A DNA stretch of 64,000 nucleotides from Balanoglossus misakiensis (Eukaryota; Animalia; Hemichordata), in assembly GCA_040954595.2 (NCBI GenBank), contig CM082581.2:682001-746000 (forward strand). Reading direction: 5' to 3'. This document shows, piece by piece, positions 10,641 through 21,918 of this stretch. Numbering within the stretch: the stretch's first letter is position 1; each line of letters starts with the position of its first letter. Under the pieces are notes generated by a model, which was not told where the DNA came from, made no database searches, and was given only the letters and a program-made list of their open reading frames with translations. The position numbers and the translations under genes are program-made.

Positions 10641-11602
10641 AAGACGTTGGCTAAGTCGGGCAAACCGAAGAGGGAAAGTCACAGCGGGTCAACACTCGAC
10701 ATTTGTTCGGGTAGGACTGCATTATTGCCTGTCAATTTATAGAGAGAGCCCGAATTTAACCAGGGCGTTTCAAACACCGACGTTAGTTGGGGGCACGGCC
10801 TGCAGTACTGCCGGGTAAGCTGACATCGGCGTACCGCATATAATGTAGGGGGGGGGGACGGAACGGTTCAATACTACATTTATTAGATATCAGCTAATTT
10901 TGGACAATCATCTAAAATCTAAATCATTTTTTCATATTTGGATATCTGATGATGTATGAAATTTCCATTATATGTAAAAAATGGTGCTGATTATAAAAAA
11001 TGCACTCTGAATGAGCTGATTTAATACAAAATTGCGTTTTATTCGTTTTTGCACCAAAAAGGTCATTTTTAGGGAAAACATTCTTTATTTTTTTAATTCG
11101 GTGACCTGATCATATATAAACAATTGCTTGTATGTTAAAAGTTTTGATGACTTTTAAAAGCAGTGACACTGGCGGCATTCAACACGAAAATAACAATTTT
11201 AGCCACAATTTGGTCAAAATGGTAAATTTTTGAAAATTACAAAAAATACCTGTTTTCTACATTTTCGGAAATCTGATGGAGTATAGAATGCTCTTCGTAT
11301 GTATATATCGATACAAATTCCACAAAATACAGTCTAATTTGGCTCACTGCAGACGAAATTGCGTTTTACCAAATTTTCCTTGAAAATGTCATTTTTAGTA
11401 AAAAAATAAAAAAACCTTTGTTCTTCGAATTTGGTGCCCTGATCATATATGACATGTTGATTGTATGTTAAAACTTTCGACCACTCCAAAAATGCAGCAC
11501 TGCGGCCCAGAAGTGTGTTCATTTGTCCGCTATTCCGCGAAGCGGAAATATGTTAATTGAGGTCATATGCTGGGGTCACGTTCCTAGCATCGTATATACA
11601 AA

Positions 11603-12223
11603 ATGGCGGCGTCCATGATCGATGTTTCTAAAACAGTGAAACGTAAGCTGCGTGAGGCCAAATTTCAGTTATTGAGGACAAATATCGACCGTTCCATCAA
11701 CCTACATGATTGTTTTGATGATCTCGATGCTGCTGTTGATGTAACAGTTCGCAAACGTAGTGCAACGATGGTGGAGCTTGCGAAGATGCAGCAGATTCCG
11801 GTGTATCCTGTATTCGAACGGGAGATGTGTCACTGGCGCTCAACAATTATGCAGAGAATGAAGCCATCACCCTCAGTGCGCAACCCATGGAAGTGCAGTT
11901 TTGGTAGGAATGTTCCTATGGAAGTTTTCGATGTATTTCGAAAGTGCGCTACCCGTAATTCAATGGGAATTTATGATCGGGAAACTCCATGTATTGCTAC
12001 CTTTCGATTTACCTGGATCAACAAAGTGAATTACGTGCTGGGTAGAGGTGTCAACTATGAAAACCAACAACTTCTGGTGAAGACAGTAAAGGGTAAGCGG
12101 GTGGAAGTTATCTGCACCGAAGATAAACCTATGATTGTCAGATACAGGAAATCAGCCGAGACAGTGACAATACATTTCCATTTTGGATGCTGGAACAAAC
12201 ATGGTGTTGCTCAGCATTTGTGA
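11603..12223 (+). CDS. Unknown 206-aa protein, second gene of the DNA transposon, convergent with the transposase
   Basis: Uninterrupted non-repetitive ORF with start context AAAATGGCGG, 105 bp inside the left end. Globular-looking composition. Function not recognised. Confidence 0.7.
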   Translation: MAASMIDVSKTVKRKLREAKFQLLRTNIDRSINLHDCFDDLDAAVDVTVRKRSATMVELAKMQQIPVYPVFEREMCHWRSTIMQRMKPSPSVRNPWKCSFGRNVPMEVFDVFRKCATRNSMGIYDRETPCIATFRFTWINKVNYVLGRGVNYENQQLLVKTVKGKRVEVICTEDKPMIVRYRKSAETVTIHFHFGCWNKHGVAQHL

Positions 12224-12643
12224 AATCATATTTAGACTGTTGTTGAAATTTTTTTTCATGTTCTTGGAACTGACTATATTACTTTTTGTCAGTCCATTTG
12301 AATTCATGCATCGTTGCATGTCCAAGCAAAATTAAAAAAGAAAAACATGTTTTATAGGAACTGAATAGCTGTGGGTGAATCATTTATCATTCAGTTTTTA
12401 TTCATTTATTTTGAAACATGGTTATCTACAGAGCTGATATAAGCAGCTAGTTTCAAAGGATGATTAAAAAGCTATATACATATTTTGAACAATACAATAC
12501 AAGCAGCACAAAATCTGTGACATTCATAATGAAAGATTATTTACAACAAACTCTCTTACAGTTATATACAAATCTAAAACTATCTGGTACATTTCATGTA
12601 CAGTAATAATTGTTTTGAATCATGAAATTCAAACTTTCACATT

Positions 12644-14843
12644 TTATTTCATTATTTTTTTTAGTTTTTTTGAGATCTTACCACTAATTGCAGACTGTTT
12701 TATTTCTGACATAAATTCACTGCTGCATATTTCACAGGAATTTGACAACTCTTCCTTTACATTCCCACAATAACAGTATGATGGGTCATCAAAGCATTTG
12801 TCTGGGATGTACTTTATTACTTTGGAGGCATTTGACCTCCCATCCCCCCTGTAGTTATCTGAAGCGGGGTCTCGCATGCGTAACCAGTACAACAATACAT
12901 ACTCATGTCTGAAAATTAGTGGCCATCTATTTTGAGGGGTGGAATTATTGCTGTATTCCAGAAGGCGCTGATGTTTTGCCTCCCTGCCCTCCATTGTATT
13001 AAGCCCAAGCCCCATTTGGAACTGCTGGTGGATTTGAGATGCATGACACGGAACAACATATCCTATATGCCAAATAGTATTGTTTACGGTCAGAAATAAC
13101 GCATGCAAATTGAAGTACCATTTGCACTTCTGCCTTAGTACTACAATATCTCTCTCATGTAGGGTAAACCTGGAACAGAGAGATGTTATATCTCTGAGTA
13201 GGACACCAATGTAACCATACAGGGACAATTTCGCTCTCACCTGTGCACTGATACCGGGTTCCCTAAAACACTCTATCAGTGACATAAAAGACCATGCCAA
13301 CTTCCTTGATTCTTCCCCTGTAAAGCGGTGAACTCTCACTGATTGGGCATGGGTACTAACCTTATTCTCAGCAAAATATTTGACAATTTGATTGTATAGT
13401 TTCGCTGCTCTCACTGTATATTTTAGTGTATGCAGGAATTTGTACAGGCATGAATTTGGTGGTAGCTTTTCTAATTTCACACCATGGTCAATGACTTTTT
13501 GGTCAGTCTTAGCCACAGCATCAGTAAGAAGCCTTTGAAAGAAATACTGCCAGGCATTGTTTTTTAGATGTAGGGGTTCTATCTTGGCACACTGTATATA
13601 CTTACCCAGGGGTGGAATATATTCCTGTCGGGATTTTCTGGAGGCAATGAAACGTGTGACCTTAGAGCGATCTGTCAATGTTTCAGGCTTACCTGTTTTC
13701 TTTGTCAAATTTGCTTTGAATTTTGCCACTGCTTATAGCTCCACTCTGACCAAAATTTCCCTGGCCCTATATCTGCCCCTATTTCATCTATGCTACCTTT
13801 TGTTACATTAGCAAAGGAACTGAAATACTCAGCAGCATTAGATAACTCACCAGAAACTGAGGCTAATCCCTTTTGATCAAATGGCAGCAAAGATACATTA
13901 AACTTTACACTCAGGCCATGTAAAGTGTATTGTTTGGCCTCTATGATCTCAAACTCTTTGGCTAGGTTTTTAGCATAATCTATCAGGACTGGGTCATCTT
14001 CCTTCAGATTAGCCCCTAGCAACAAGAAATTATCATCAGGGCTTGCTAATCTGTGGCCCACATTGATGAAACTGACAAGCCAGGAAGTTGCCTGACCATA
14101 TTTTCCAAAAGGAGCCCCATCAGCACCAACAGCAAGTTGGAAAGTGCCCTTCGGTTTGCCAAACCAATTTAGGATGTTAGGGTAGTGCTCACTCAAGCAA
14201 AGATACATGTCAGCAACTTTAAAGAGCATCTGCTCTGTATTTCGCTTCATACCTACTACTTTGTTTGCATCTGTTACAATTGGTTCAAGACTTCCTATAT
14301 CTAAACCACGTGTATATTCAGTGACCTTGTTGTAGGAAAGTAACCTTGGTATGTTACACCTAAAGTGAAATTGCAACACTTTTCTAGGTTGTTTTAATTT
14401 AGACAGATTCAACTCACTATTACGTAAGGCATTGTATTTGCGTTTTGACAAAACCCCATTCTGATACAACACTTGCACACTCCTAGTCAAATTACCTTCA
14501 CTTTTCTCAAATTCAGATATTGATTTCTTTATCAAAGTTGGTATGACCAATTCATTTATTTTCATTGATGATTGAAGGTACTTTTCCATTTGACGTGGAG
14601 TGGCACTGTTGATCAAAGTATACCATAGCCCATCAAGAGCTGATTTTGGTGGATTTGCACTGACATGTCTCCCTGCAGATTTATCTGTTCCTGATGATGA
14701 CTGGTGTATGACTGTAGCTGCATGAAGAGTCTGACTTCTGCGTTCATGTTGCTGACTTCTGGACAGTGTGAGGCATTCACTGTTATTAGCACAAACCTGG
14801 CTGCTTTTATGAACCCACTTCTGTTTCTGTGGGGATGTCAAAT
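12644..14843 (-). pseudogene. DDE transposase (Transib/RAG1/Chapaev/CACTA-like fold), frameshifted near 13730
   Basis: Two overlapping ORFs give GADGAPFG (D1), LPFDQK (D2), IEPLHLKNN, RFTGEES, WHIGYVVPCH and GLGLNTMEGREAKH (E). The order and spacing parallel RAG1 core CDG / YDEK / DALH / FHKTLAH / ASEGNESGNK. Splice acceptor TTGCAG at 14844-14849. Confidence 0.72.
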
Positions 14844-14883
14844 CTGCAATATTTAATAAATGAATACAAAACAGATTTTCATT

Positions 14884-15451
14884 GTCATGCCAAGGTCAAA
14901 CAGGTAGGCAATGTCACATGAGCAAGCAATACACATGAATGGAAACCCCAGTGTCATGCCAAGGTCAAACATGGAGGCCATGTCACATGAGCAAGCAATA
15001 CACATGAATGGAAACCCCAGTGTCATGCCAAGGTCAAACAGAGAGAGAATATCACATGATCAAGCAATACACATGAATGGAAATCCCAGTGTCATGCCAA
15101 GGTCAAACATGGAGGCCATGTCACATGAGCAAGCAATACACATAAATGGAAACCCCAGTGTCATGCCAAGGTCAAACATGGAGGCCATGTCACATGAGCA
15201 AGCAATACACATAAATGGAAACCCACGTGTCATGCCAAGGTCAAACATGGAGGCCATGTCACATGAGCAAGCAATACACATGAATGGAAACCCCAGTGTC
15301 ATGCCAAGGTCAAACAGAGAGAGAATATCACATGATCAAGCAATACACATGAATGGAAATCCCAGTGTCATGCCAAGGTCAAACAGAGAGGCAATGTCAC
15401 ATGAGCAAGCAATATGCATAAATGGAAACCCCAGTGTTATGCCAAGGTCAA
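14884..15451. repeat. 69-bp minisatellite, ~8 copies, probably in a transposase intron
   Basis: GTCATGCCAAGGTCAAAC...ATGGAAACCCCAGT repeats, seen as a 23-aa periodicity in the ORF track. Confidence 0.92.
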
Positions 15452-15669
15452 GCAGGGAGGTGTTTCAAAGCTGTAGTTCAGAATTTAGAAAACAAACACA
15501 CATAAAATCATATCATATACATTAAACCAAGGTCAAAATGTTTTATGATTCACTTAGTTGTAATATAATTTAAAGTATACAAACTTTAATTTGGTGGATA
15601 TTTTCCTATTCTGCTTGTAATCATAAATCTTGTGAAAATCTGAAATGAAGCTAAATTCCTTCTATATAA

Positions 15670-16029
15670 TTACCTTACCTCCTGATTAAGCTTAACCCTA
15701 TTTCCAGCTAATCTCCTTTGCTTCTTTGCTAGCCTGTTTAGTTGCTTACTGGCCCTGTCGACTAGTCTCCTCTTTGCATCTAATTTCTGCATTTTCTCTC
15801 TGTACTGAGCTACCTCTTCCTCACGTCTACGCTTTCTCTCTCTTGCCCATGCCCCTAGCTTGTATCTATTCTCTGACTTGCTCTTAACCTTTTCTGGCAG
15901 TGTCTTTGCAGCTAACTCAGCATCTAACAGCTGTTGAAGTTGTATGTCTCTAGCTATTTCTCTGGCTTTTTTTTGTTGGACTGCATACTGCCCGATGTCA
16001 AAATGGTTTGTCCTTTTCCTGTTAGGCAT
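15670..16029 (-). CDS. Basic coiled-coil coding exon, probable N-terminal part of the transposase gene
   Basis: ATG at 16029; K/R-rich helical ORF ending at donor-like GAG|GTAAGG. Phase compatibility with the 14843 acceptor is not established. Confidence 0.5.
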   Translation of the reverse strand: MPNRKRTNHFDIGQYAVQQKKAREIARDIQLQQLLDAELAAKTLPEKVKSKSENRYKLGAWARERKRRREEEVAQYREKMQKLDAKRRLVDRASKQLNRLAKKQRRLAGNRVKLNQEVR

Positions 16030-16793
16030 GATTTGAGTTATATCCAGAGCACAGCTGGGATGGAGTTACACAATGGAGCATTTCCTAAATGTGAATAAAT
16101 GTGAAAAGTTGTAGAAAACATAAAAGGTCATCTAGAAAGCTGTTTCAGTCAAACAGTTCCAAACAGACAGTATTTAATGACGCTACAGAAGACCTGATGA
16201 TATAAAAGACTGTGTATTTTGCGAAGTACTGGCATACTGTTGCAAGTACCGGAACATTGATTGAGTATAATCAGCTGCAATCTACGTATATTGCGCGTGG
16301 ACGCAGTTCCTTCTGTGTGCGTCTGCTTTGCCTAAACGCTGTACGCGCGCGGCGTTCAAAGCGCTGTCGCAAGAACTCTCTCGTTCAAAATATTTACTCT
16401 TACATTTTAGAACGAAAATGATATATCAACATGTTATATAGATATCAAGGAACAATCTGCTCGTTTTGGTTTTTTAGGTTCACGCTTCAAACTCGAGAAA
16501 TCTGCCGATATGTTTTGCCTGACGGTCGACATTTGCGTAGCTGTGCCATTGTAATCAATGGTAGAGCGACGCGCAGGCAGAACGCGCCAAACTCGATGAA
16601 TTTCTGCTTGGATCAATTTCTACATATGACCTTTTTGGGGATAGAAAATCAAAACACTGAGTTACAAACGTCTTAGGAACACTCTCATGGTTTTGAAATT
16701 TTGAATAATGCATAAAGATTTGATTTTTTCTGCCGTTTTTCTGTCTTGGTTGTGGTTGCTATGTTCTTTGTTTACATAGTTACCAATGATAGC

Positions 16794-19700
16794 TGTAATA
16801 TCCAGACATATAACAAAATATACTTTCAGTATGGCCAGCTGCATTCTGTACATGCCAGGCGCGGTACGTTACCTGCCCATGCGCAGTAGTTGTGTTGTTG
16901 TTAATAAAGTTAACATGGCGAGATGTTAGAAGCCATACAACGGTGAATCAGTCTATTTGATTCATAGTCGGGGACATTACAATGGCGACGAGGATCAAAC
17001 GATCCACAGAACGCAAAGCAGAACAACCATAAATGCATGGTGAGTGACTCAAACCATTTCCCAGCGAGAGCCGACCCAGAAATTACACATCCGCAACCGC
17101 CAGATCTGCCGAACGTGAGTGTGACGTACATATAGTGTCGATCAGTGCTACGTGACTGATAGAACTGACAAAATGGCGGCACCCCCAGCAGCAATAACCG
17201 TGGTTACAGACACGAGAAACCTCAAATGCCAACCTTTTGTGCACACCGATTATCAGATCACAACAGGCAAAGCTTGGGAGGAATGGTTGGAGGGCATCGA
17301 ACGAGAATTTCGATATTTCAGAATAACAGAACCTACCGATAAGAAAGACGCCATGATAATCTATGGAGGAAAAGAGATAGCGAGACTCGAGAAAAGTTTA
17401 CCTGACCCCACAGAAGGAGCAAACGTCTATGAGAAGTTGAAAACGAAACTAAACGAGTACTACACGCCAAAGAAGAATAAACACCACGCAAGGTATTTAT
17501 TTCTCAAAATGACTCCGACAACAAATGAAAGCACTGTCGCATACGCAGCCAGATTGAGAGAAAAAGCCAACGAGTGTGAATTCGGCACGAGTTGTGAAGA
17601 GAGAATTCTGGAACATATCATCCAGACAATTGACAATTGCACCCTGATACAGAAAGCAATAAACAAGAAATGGTCTCTTACTCAGTTACTGACTGAAGCA
17701 GCGCAAATGGAGGACACCTCACTACAAATGCGTGATATGAAACAGTCAGGTGAGAGAAGTGTCGCAAAAGTGAGACAATACAGACAAACCAAGAAACACG
17801 GAAAACCCGAGAAAAGAAAACAGACACCTGCACATGATGGTAAACAGTGTACATATTGTGGACTGACTGGAGTTCATAAAGAAGGACAGAACTGCCCTGC
17901 TTTTGGTAAACAATGCAGGAAATGCCAAAAGAGAAACCACTTCGCTTCTGTGTGTAGAGCAGATCCAGACAGAGGAAGTAAAGACACAGGGTATAGAAGC
18001 AGAAAGACACCTAGCAGTGCCCAAGAGAAAAGTGACTATAGAAAACAGCAGAGAAGAATAAAGAAAACTTCAACAAAAGAGCAAGACAGCACTACAAGTT
18101 CAGATGACGACTATTTTGAACATGCAATCAAACACGTCAAAGGTATCAAAAGAGCACATGAAACTTACACAGGAAAAACTGTCACAGTCAGAATAAATGA
18201 TGTTGATGCACAGATGGAACCTAACACCGGAGCTGAGGTAAATGTCATGGATGAACATCAGTTCAAAGCATTACACAGATCCAGCGATGAGATCAAACTA
18301 CGGGACAGTCACACAAAGCTAAACACTTTGCAAGATCGATTACCAGTGAAAGGCGAATTCTCTACCATAGTGAGAAACAAAACCTGTGGAGTGAAAGCCA
18401 AGTTCATCGTAGTCAGAGGTAGGATAAATTCACCACCACTGCTGAGCAGAAATACACTAACTGAACTGGGTATGATGCAAATAAAACCAGATGGATCGCT
18501 GACAGAGGTCAACAATCTACGAATAAAAGAAAATCAAGACATCAAAACAGTGAAGAGTGAAATACTGGACAAACAAGTGAAAGAGATAACAGAGAAATAC
18601 GGAAATGTATTCCAGGGAATTGGAAGAATAAGAGATATGAAGAATGATAGAGAAATTTATGCCAAGTTCAGCATGAAGCAAGAAGCAGTACCAGTAGCCC
18701 AGAAACCCAGACCTGTGGCATACTACCTGCAGAAACCACTAAAGAAATGGCTGGAGCACTGTATACAAGAAGAAATCTTTGAAGAAGTTCCACAAGGAGA
18801 ACCAGTGACATGGTGTTCACCCCTTGTAGTACAACCAAAACCAAGATTCCATGAGACCCCAAGGGAAAACCTAGAGCCACACATGATCAGAGCAAGTGTA
18901 GACTTGAGAGTACCAAACCAGTACATGGAGAGAAACAGAATCACCCAGAGCCCAATAGTGGAAGATTTTGAGCACAAGTTCAACGACTGTGTGATATTCT
19001 CCAAGCTTGATATGAGGCAGGGATATCACCAACTCTTGCTAGATCCAGAATCTCGAGCAGTAGCAACTTTCAGCACACCATGGGGCAACATGAGGCCGAA
19101 ACGACTGATCTTTGGAGCCAAGTCATCACAAGATTTGTTTGACGAGACAATATACAGAATATTTGGTGACATACTAAGATGTCTCAACCAGCGCGATGAC
19201 ATCCTCTTGGGAGGCCGTTCAGCAGAAGAACACAACAAAACACTAGAAACAGTCCTACAGAGAGCACAGGATTTCGGGATCACATTCAACCTTGACAAAT
19301 GCAAATTTGGAGTTGAGGAGATTGAATTCTACGGATACCGGTTCACGAAAGATGGACTCAAGCCAACACCAGAGAAAGTCCGAGCTGTGAAAGAATGCAA
19401 AGCACCAAAATCCAAGGAGGCAGTGAGAAGCTTCCTGGGAATGATCGGATATCTCTCGAAGTTCATACCACGGTACACATCACTGACAGCACCCCTGAGA
19501 GAGCTTACTCACAAAGATGTCCATTTCAGATGGGGACAGAAGGAAAACGCAGCTTTCCAGAACCTCAAAGACAGTATCACAAATGAAGATACTATGGCTT
19601 ACTTCAACCCATCGAAACCCATCACAGTAAGAGTAGAAGCTAGTTACCATGAAGGACTGTCAGCAGGACTTTTCCAGCAGAGTGAGAAAGGCCTGAGACC

Positions 19701-21918
19701 AGTTCACTTCATCAGTCGCACTTTGACAAGCGCTGAGAGAAGATACAGCCAGACTGAGAAAGATGCTTTAGCAGTGAAATGGGCGAAGAACAGATTCCGC
19801 ATATATCTGTTGGGAGCACCCAGATTCAGAATCATCACAGCACATAAACCGCTCATCCCAATGTTCAACAAAGCTACCATGAAACTACCACCCAGGATAG
19901 AGAAATGGGTAATGGAAATGCAAGATGTCGATTATGAGCTACTCTATGAGCCAGGCAAAGATGCTGCTGACCCACTGGATTTCTTGTCCAGACACCCACT
20001 ACCTGAAACAGGAAGAGATGGTACAGAGAAAACAATCAAGAAAGTGATAGAAACAGAATATGCTGTTGTGCTAGACCGTATCAAAGAAGAAACGAAGAAA
20101 GACAGTCAACTACAGAAACTGAGCAGAGTCATACGAAGAGGCAACTGGGAGAAGCACAAGAAAGACCCAGACATCAACCCGTTTTACACAGTAAGACAAG
20201 AGCTGAGCATGGTAGACGACCTGATACTCAGAATCAACCGCATCGTGATTCCACGCAGTCTGCAGAGAAAAGTCATCAAATCAGCACACAAGCTAGGTCA
20301 TTTGGGCATGACGAAGACCAAGCAGATGTTGCGAGAGAAATATTGGTTTCCGATGATGAACAGCTACGTCGAGCAGATGATAGGTCAATGCTTCGAATGT
20401 CAAGTAACGACGAAGCAACACAAACAAGAACCTGTCAAGATGACACCAATACCAGAGAAACCATGGGAAGTAATATCAGTGGACTTTGGAGGACCATATC
20501 CTGATGGACACTACAACCTGGTAGCCATCGACAAGAGAACAAGATACCCAGAAGTTGAAACTGTATATTCAACAGCAGCGAAACCCACAAAGAGAAAACT
20601 CAAGAAAATGTTCGCTACACATGGCACACCCAGACAGTTGGAGAGTGACAATGGCCCACCCTTTGATTCAGAAGAATTCACCAACTTCGCAAAGGAAGAG
20701 GGATTTCACCACCATAACGTAACACCAGAACATGCGAGAGCCAATGGAGAAGCTGAAAACTTCATGAAGATGCTGAATAAAACAGAGAGAATCGCACACT
20801 TGGAAGGCAAGGACAGAGAAATAGCCATTCAAGATATGCTGACAGGATACCGTTCATCACCACACCCAGCTACAAATACAGCACCGTATGAAGCAATGAT
20901 GAACAGACAAGTCAGAACCAAACTAGACCACCACACAAGAGTTGACCAGAAAACAGTGAAAGATGATGCAATCAATGAGAGAGACAGAGAATACAAAGAG
21001 AAGATCAGACAAGCAACAGAAAAGAGAAATGTGAAGCCACACAATTTCATCGTGGGAGACTATGTTCTACTGAAACAACAGAAAAGAAACAAATGGTCAA
21101 CCGCATATGAACCAACATTCTACAGAGTATACAGAATTGATGGTTCAAGCATTGCAGCGAGACGTATAACAGATGGAAGGGAAGTATATCGTGATGCGAG
21201 CAAGTTCAAACTTGTGAACGCAGTAGTACAAGATCTTGAGGAGGAAATGTTCATATATGATGCAACCGGAAAACGAAATGCAAGGGACTGGCGAGAAAAT
21301 CTACTCCTTAATACCTTAATGGACATATCCTGGAAGACTATGAATAGCAGGCGATAGCTAGGCTATGGAAAACTGACAATGACAAAACAATGTTCGAGTT
21401 TATTGTTCCATATTTTATTCTATTTCGAATTCGTATTGAAAGTGAAAATTGCATGAAAAAAAGACAGGAACATTTATACCGATGGACATATCTTTATTCA
21501 ATTTGATATTTTGAAATTGAAATTAATGTTATTTGTTGAGCAGCTATCAAGGCCAATTTATATTTAGAAATTTGGAAACACAAGGATTGTTGAAAACATA
21601 CATTATATTCATGATCAAACCGCAAACAGGAACACTGACCGTGAACCACAAGAAAAATGAGACTCAGTACGAAATGACAATCTTCAAGAGAAATTGAAAC
21701 AACTCTGCAATCTCAAAAGAAAAGGAGAAATGTAATATCCAGACATATAACAAAATATACTTTCAGTATGGCCAGCTGCATTCTGTACATGCCATGCGCG
21801 GTACGTTACCTGCCCATGCGCAGTAGTTGTGTTGTTGTTAATAAAGTTAACATGGCGAGATGTTAGAAGCCATACAACGGTGAATCAGTCTATTTGATTC
21901 ATAGTCGGGGACATTACA
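16794..21918 (+). mobile_element. Full-length Ty3/Gypsy LTR retrotransposon (Mag-like)
   Basis: 188-bp LTRs at 16794-16981 and 21731-21918 (TGTAAT...ATTACA, 1 mismatch). 5-bp TSD ATAGC. PBS TGGCGACGAGGAT at 16983-16995 (tRNA-Ser-GCT-like). PPT at 21715-21730. Confidence 0.97.
17173..21357 (+). CDS. Gag-Pol polyprotein (Gag with two Cys/His knuckles, PR, RT, RNase H, integrase)
   Basis: Single ORF: CTYCG...H...CPA...CRKC...NHF...C; PR-like NTGA; KLDMRQGYHQ; QRDD; HHCC; DFGG / SDNGPPF / NGEAE integrase triad. Domain order is RT-RH-INT. Confidence 0.95.
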   Translation: MAAPPAAITVVTDTRNLKCQPFVHTDYQITTGKAWEEWLEGIEREFRYFRITEPTDKKDAMIIYGGKEIARLEKSLPDPTEGANVYEKLKTKLNEYYTPKKNKHHARYLFLKMTPTTNESTVAYAARLREKANECEFGTSCEERILEHIIQTIDNCTLIQKAINKKWSLTQLLTEAAQMEDTSLQMRDMKQSGERSVAKVRQYRQTKKHGKPEKRKQTPAHDGKQCTYCGLTGVHKEGQNCPAFGKQCRKCQKRNHFASVCRADPDRGSKDTGYRSRKTPSSAQEKSDYRKQQRRIKKTSTKEQDSTTSSDDDYFEHAIKHVKGIKRAHETYTGKTVTVRINDVDAQMEPNTGAEVNVMDEHQFKALHRSSDEIKLRDSHTKLNTLQDRLPVKGEFSTIVRNKTCGVKAKFIVVRGRINSPPLLSRNTLTELGMMQIKPDGSLTEVNNLRIKENQDIKTVKSEILDKQVKEITEKYGNVFQGIGRIRDMKNDREIYAKFSMKQEAVPVAQKPRPVAYYLQKPLKKWLEHCIQEEIFEEVPQGEPVTWCSPLVVQPKPRFHETPRENLEPHMIRASVDLRVPNQYMERNRITQSPIVEDFEHKFNDCVIFSKLDMRQGYHQLLLDPESRAVATFSTPWGNMRPKRLIFGAKSSQDLFDETIYRIFGDILRCLNQRDDILLGGRSAEEHNKTLETVLQRAQDFGITFNLDKCKFGVEEIEFYGYRFTKDGLKPTPEKVRAVKECKAPKSKEAVRSFLGMIGYLSKFIPRYTSLTAPLRELTHKDVHFRWGQKENAAFQNLKDSITNEDTMAYFNPSKPITVRVEASYHEGLSAGLFQQSEKGLRPVHFISRTLTSAERRYSQTEKDALAVKWAKNRFRIYLLGAPRFRIITAHKPLIPMFNKATMKLPPRIEKWVMEMQDVDYELLYEPGKDAADPLDFLSRHPLPETGRDGTEKTIKKVIETEYAVVLDRIKEETKKDSQLQKLSRVIRRGNWEKHKKDPDINPFYTVRQELSMVDDLILRINRIVIPRSLQRKVIKSAHKLGHLGMTKTKQMLREKYWFPMMNSYVEQMIGQCFECQVTTKQHKQEPVKMTPIPEKPWEVISVDFGGPYPDGHYNLVAIDKRTRYPEVETVYSTAAKPTKRKLKKMFATHGTPRQLESDNGPPFDSEEFTNFAKEEGFHHHNVTPEHARANGEAENFMKMLNKTERIAHLEGKDREIAIQDMLTGYRSSPHPATNTAPYEAMMNRQVRTKLDHHTRVDQKTVKDDAINERDREYKEKIRQATEKRNVKPHNFIVGDYVLLKQQKRNKWSTAYEPTFYRVYRIDGSSIAARRITDGREVYRDASKFKLVNAVVQDLEEEMFIYDATGKRNARDWRENLLLNTLMDISWKTMNSRR

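Larger units (their letters stand above)
1970..11497. repeat. ~2.3-kb tandem macro-repeat; units start at 1970, 8729 and 11023 (third truncated)
   Basis: AATACAAAATTGCGTTTT...GCACCAAAAAGGTC recurs with near-identical downstream sequence. The 8729-11023 period is 2294 bp. Each unit has a diverged ~335-bp dimer, an ~81-bp sub-array and a poly-G-containing tail. Confidence 0.92.

Noticed and set aside
2290-11522. Repeated short ORFs (...FLEWSKVLTYNQHVIYDQG...)
   Set aside because: They recur only because the macro-repeat recurs, and the frames break between copies.
11603-12223. RAG2-like call for the partner ORF
   Set aside because: Too short, with no kelch repeats or PHD finger.
14911-15525. 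204-aa repeat protein and its antisense ORF
   Set aside because: Artefact of a stop-free 69-bp minisatellite.
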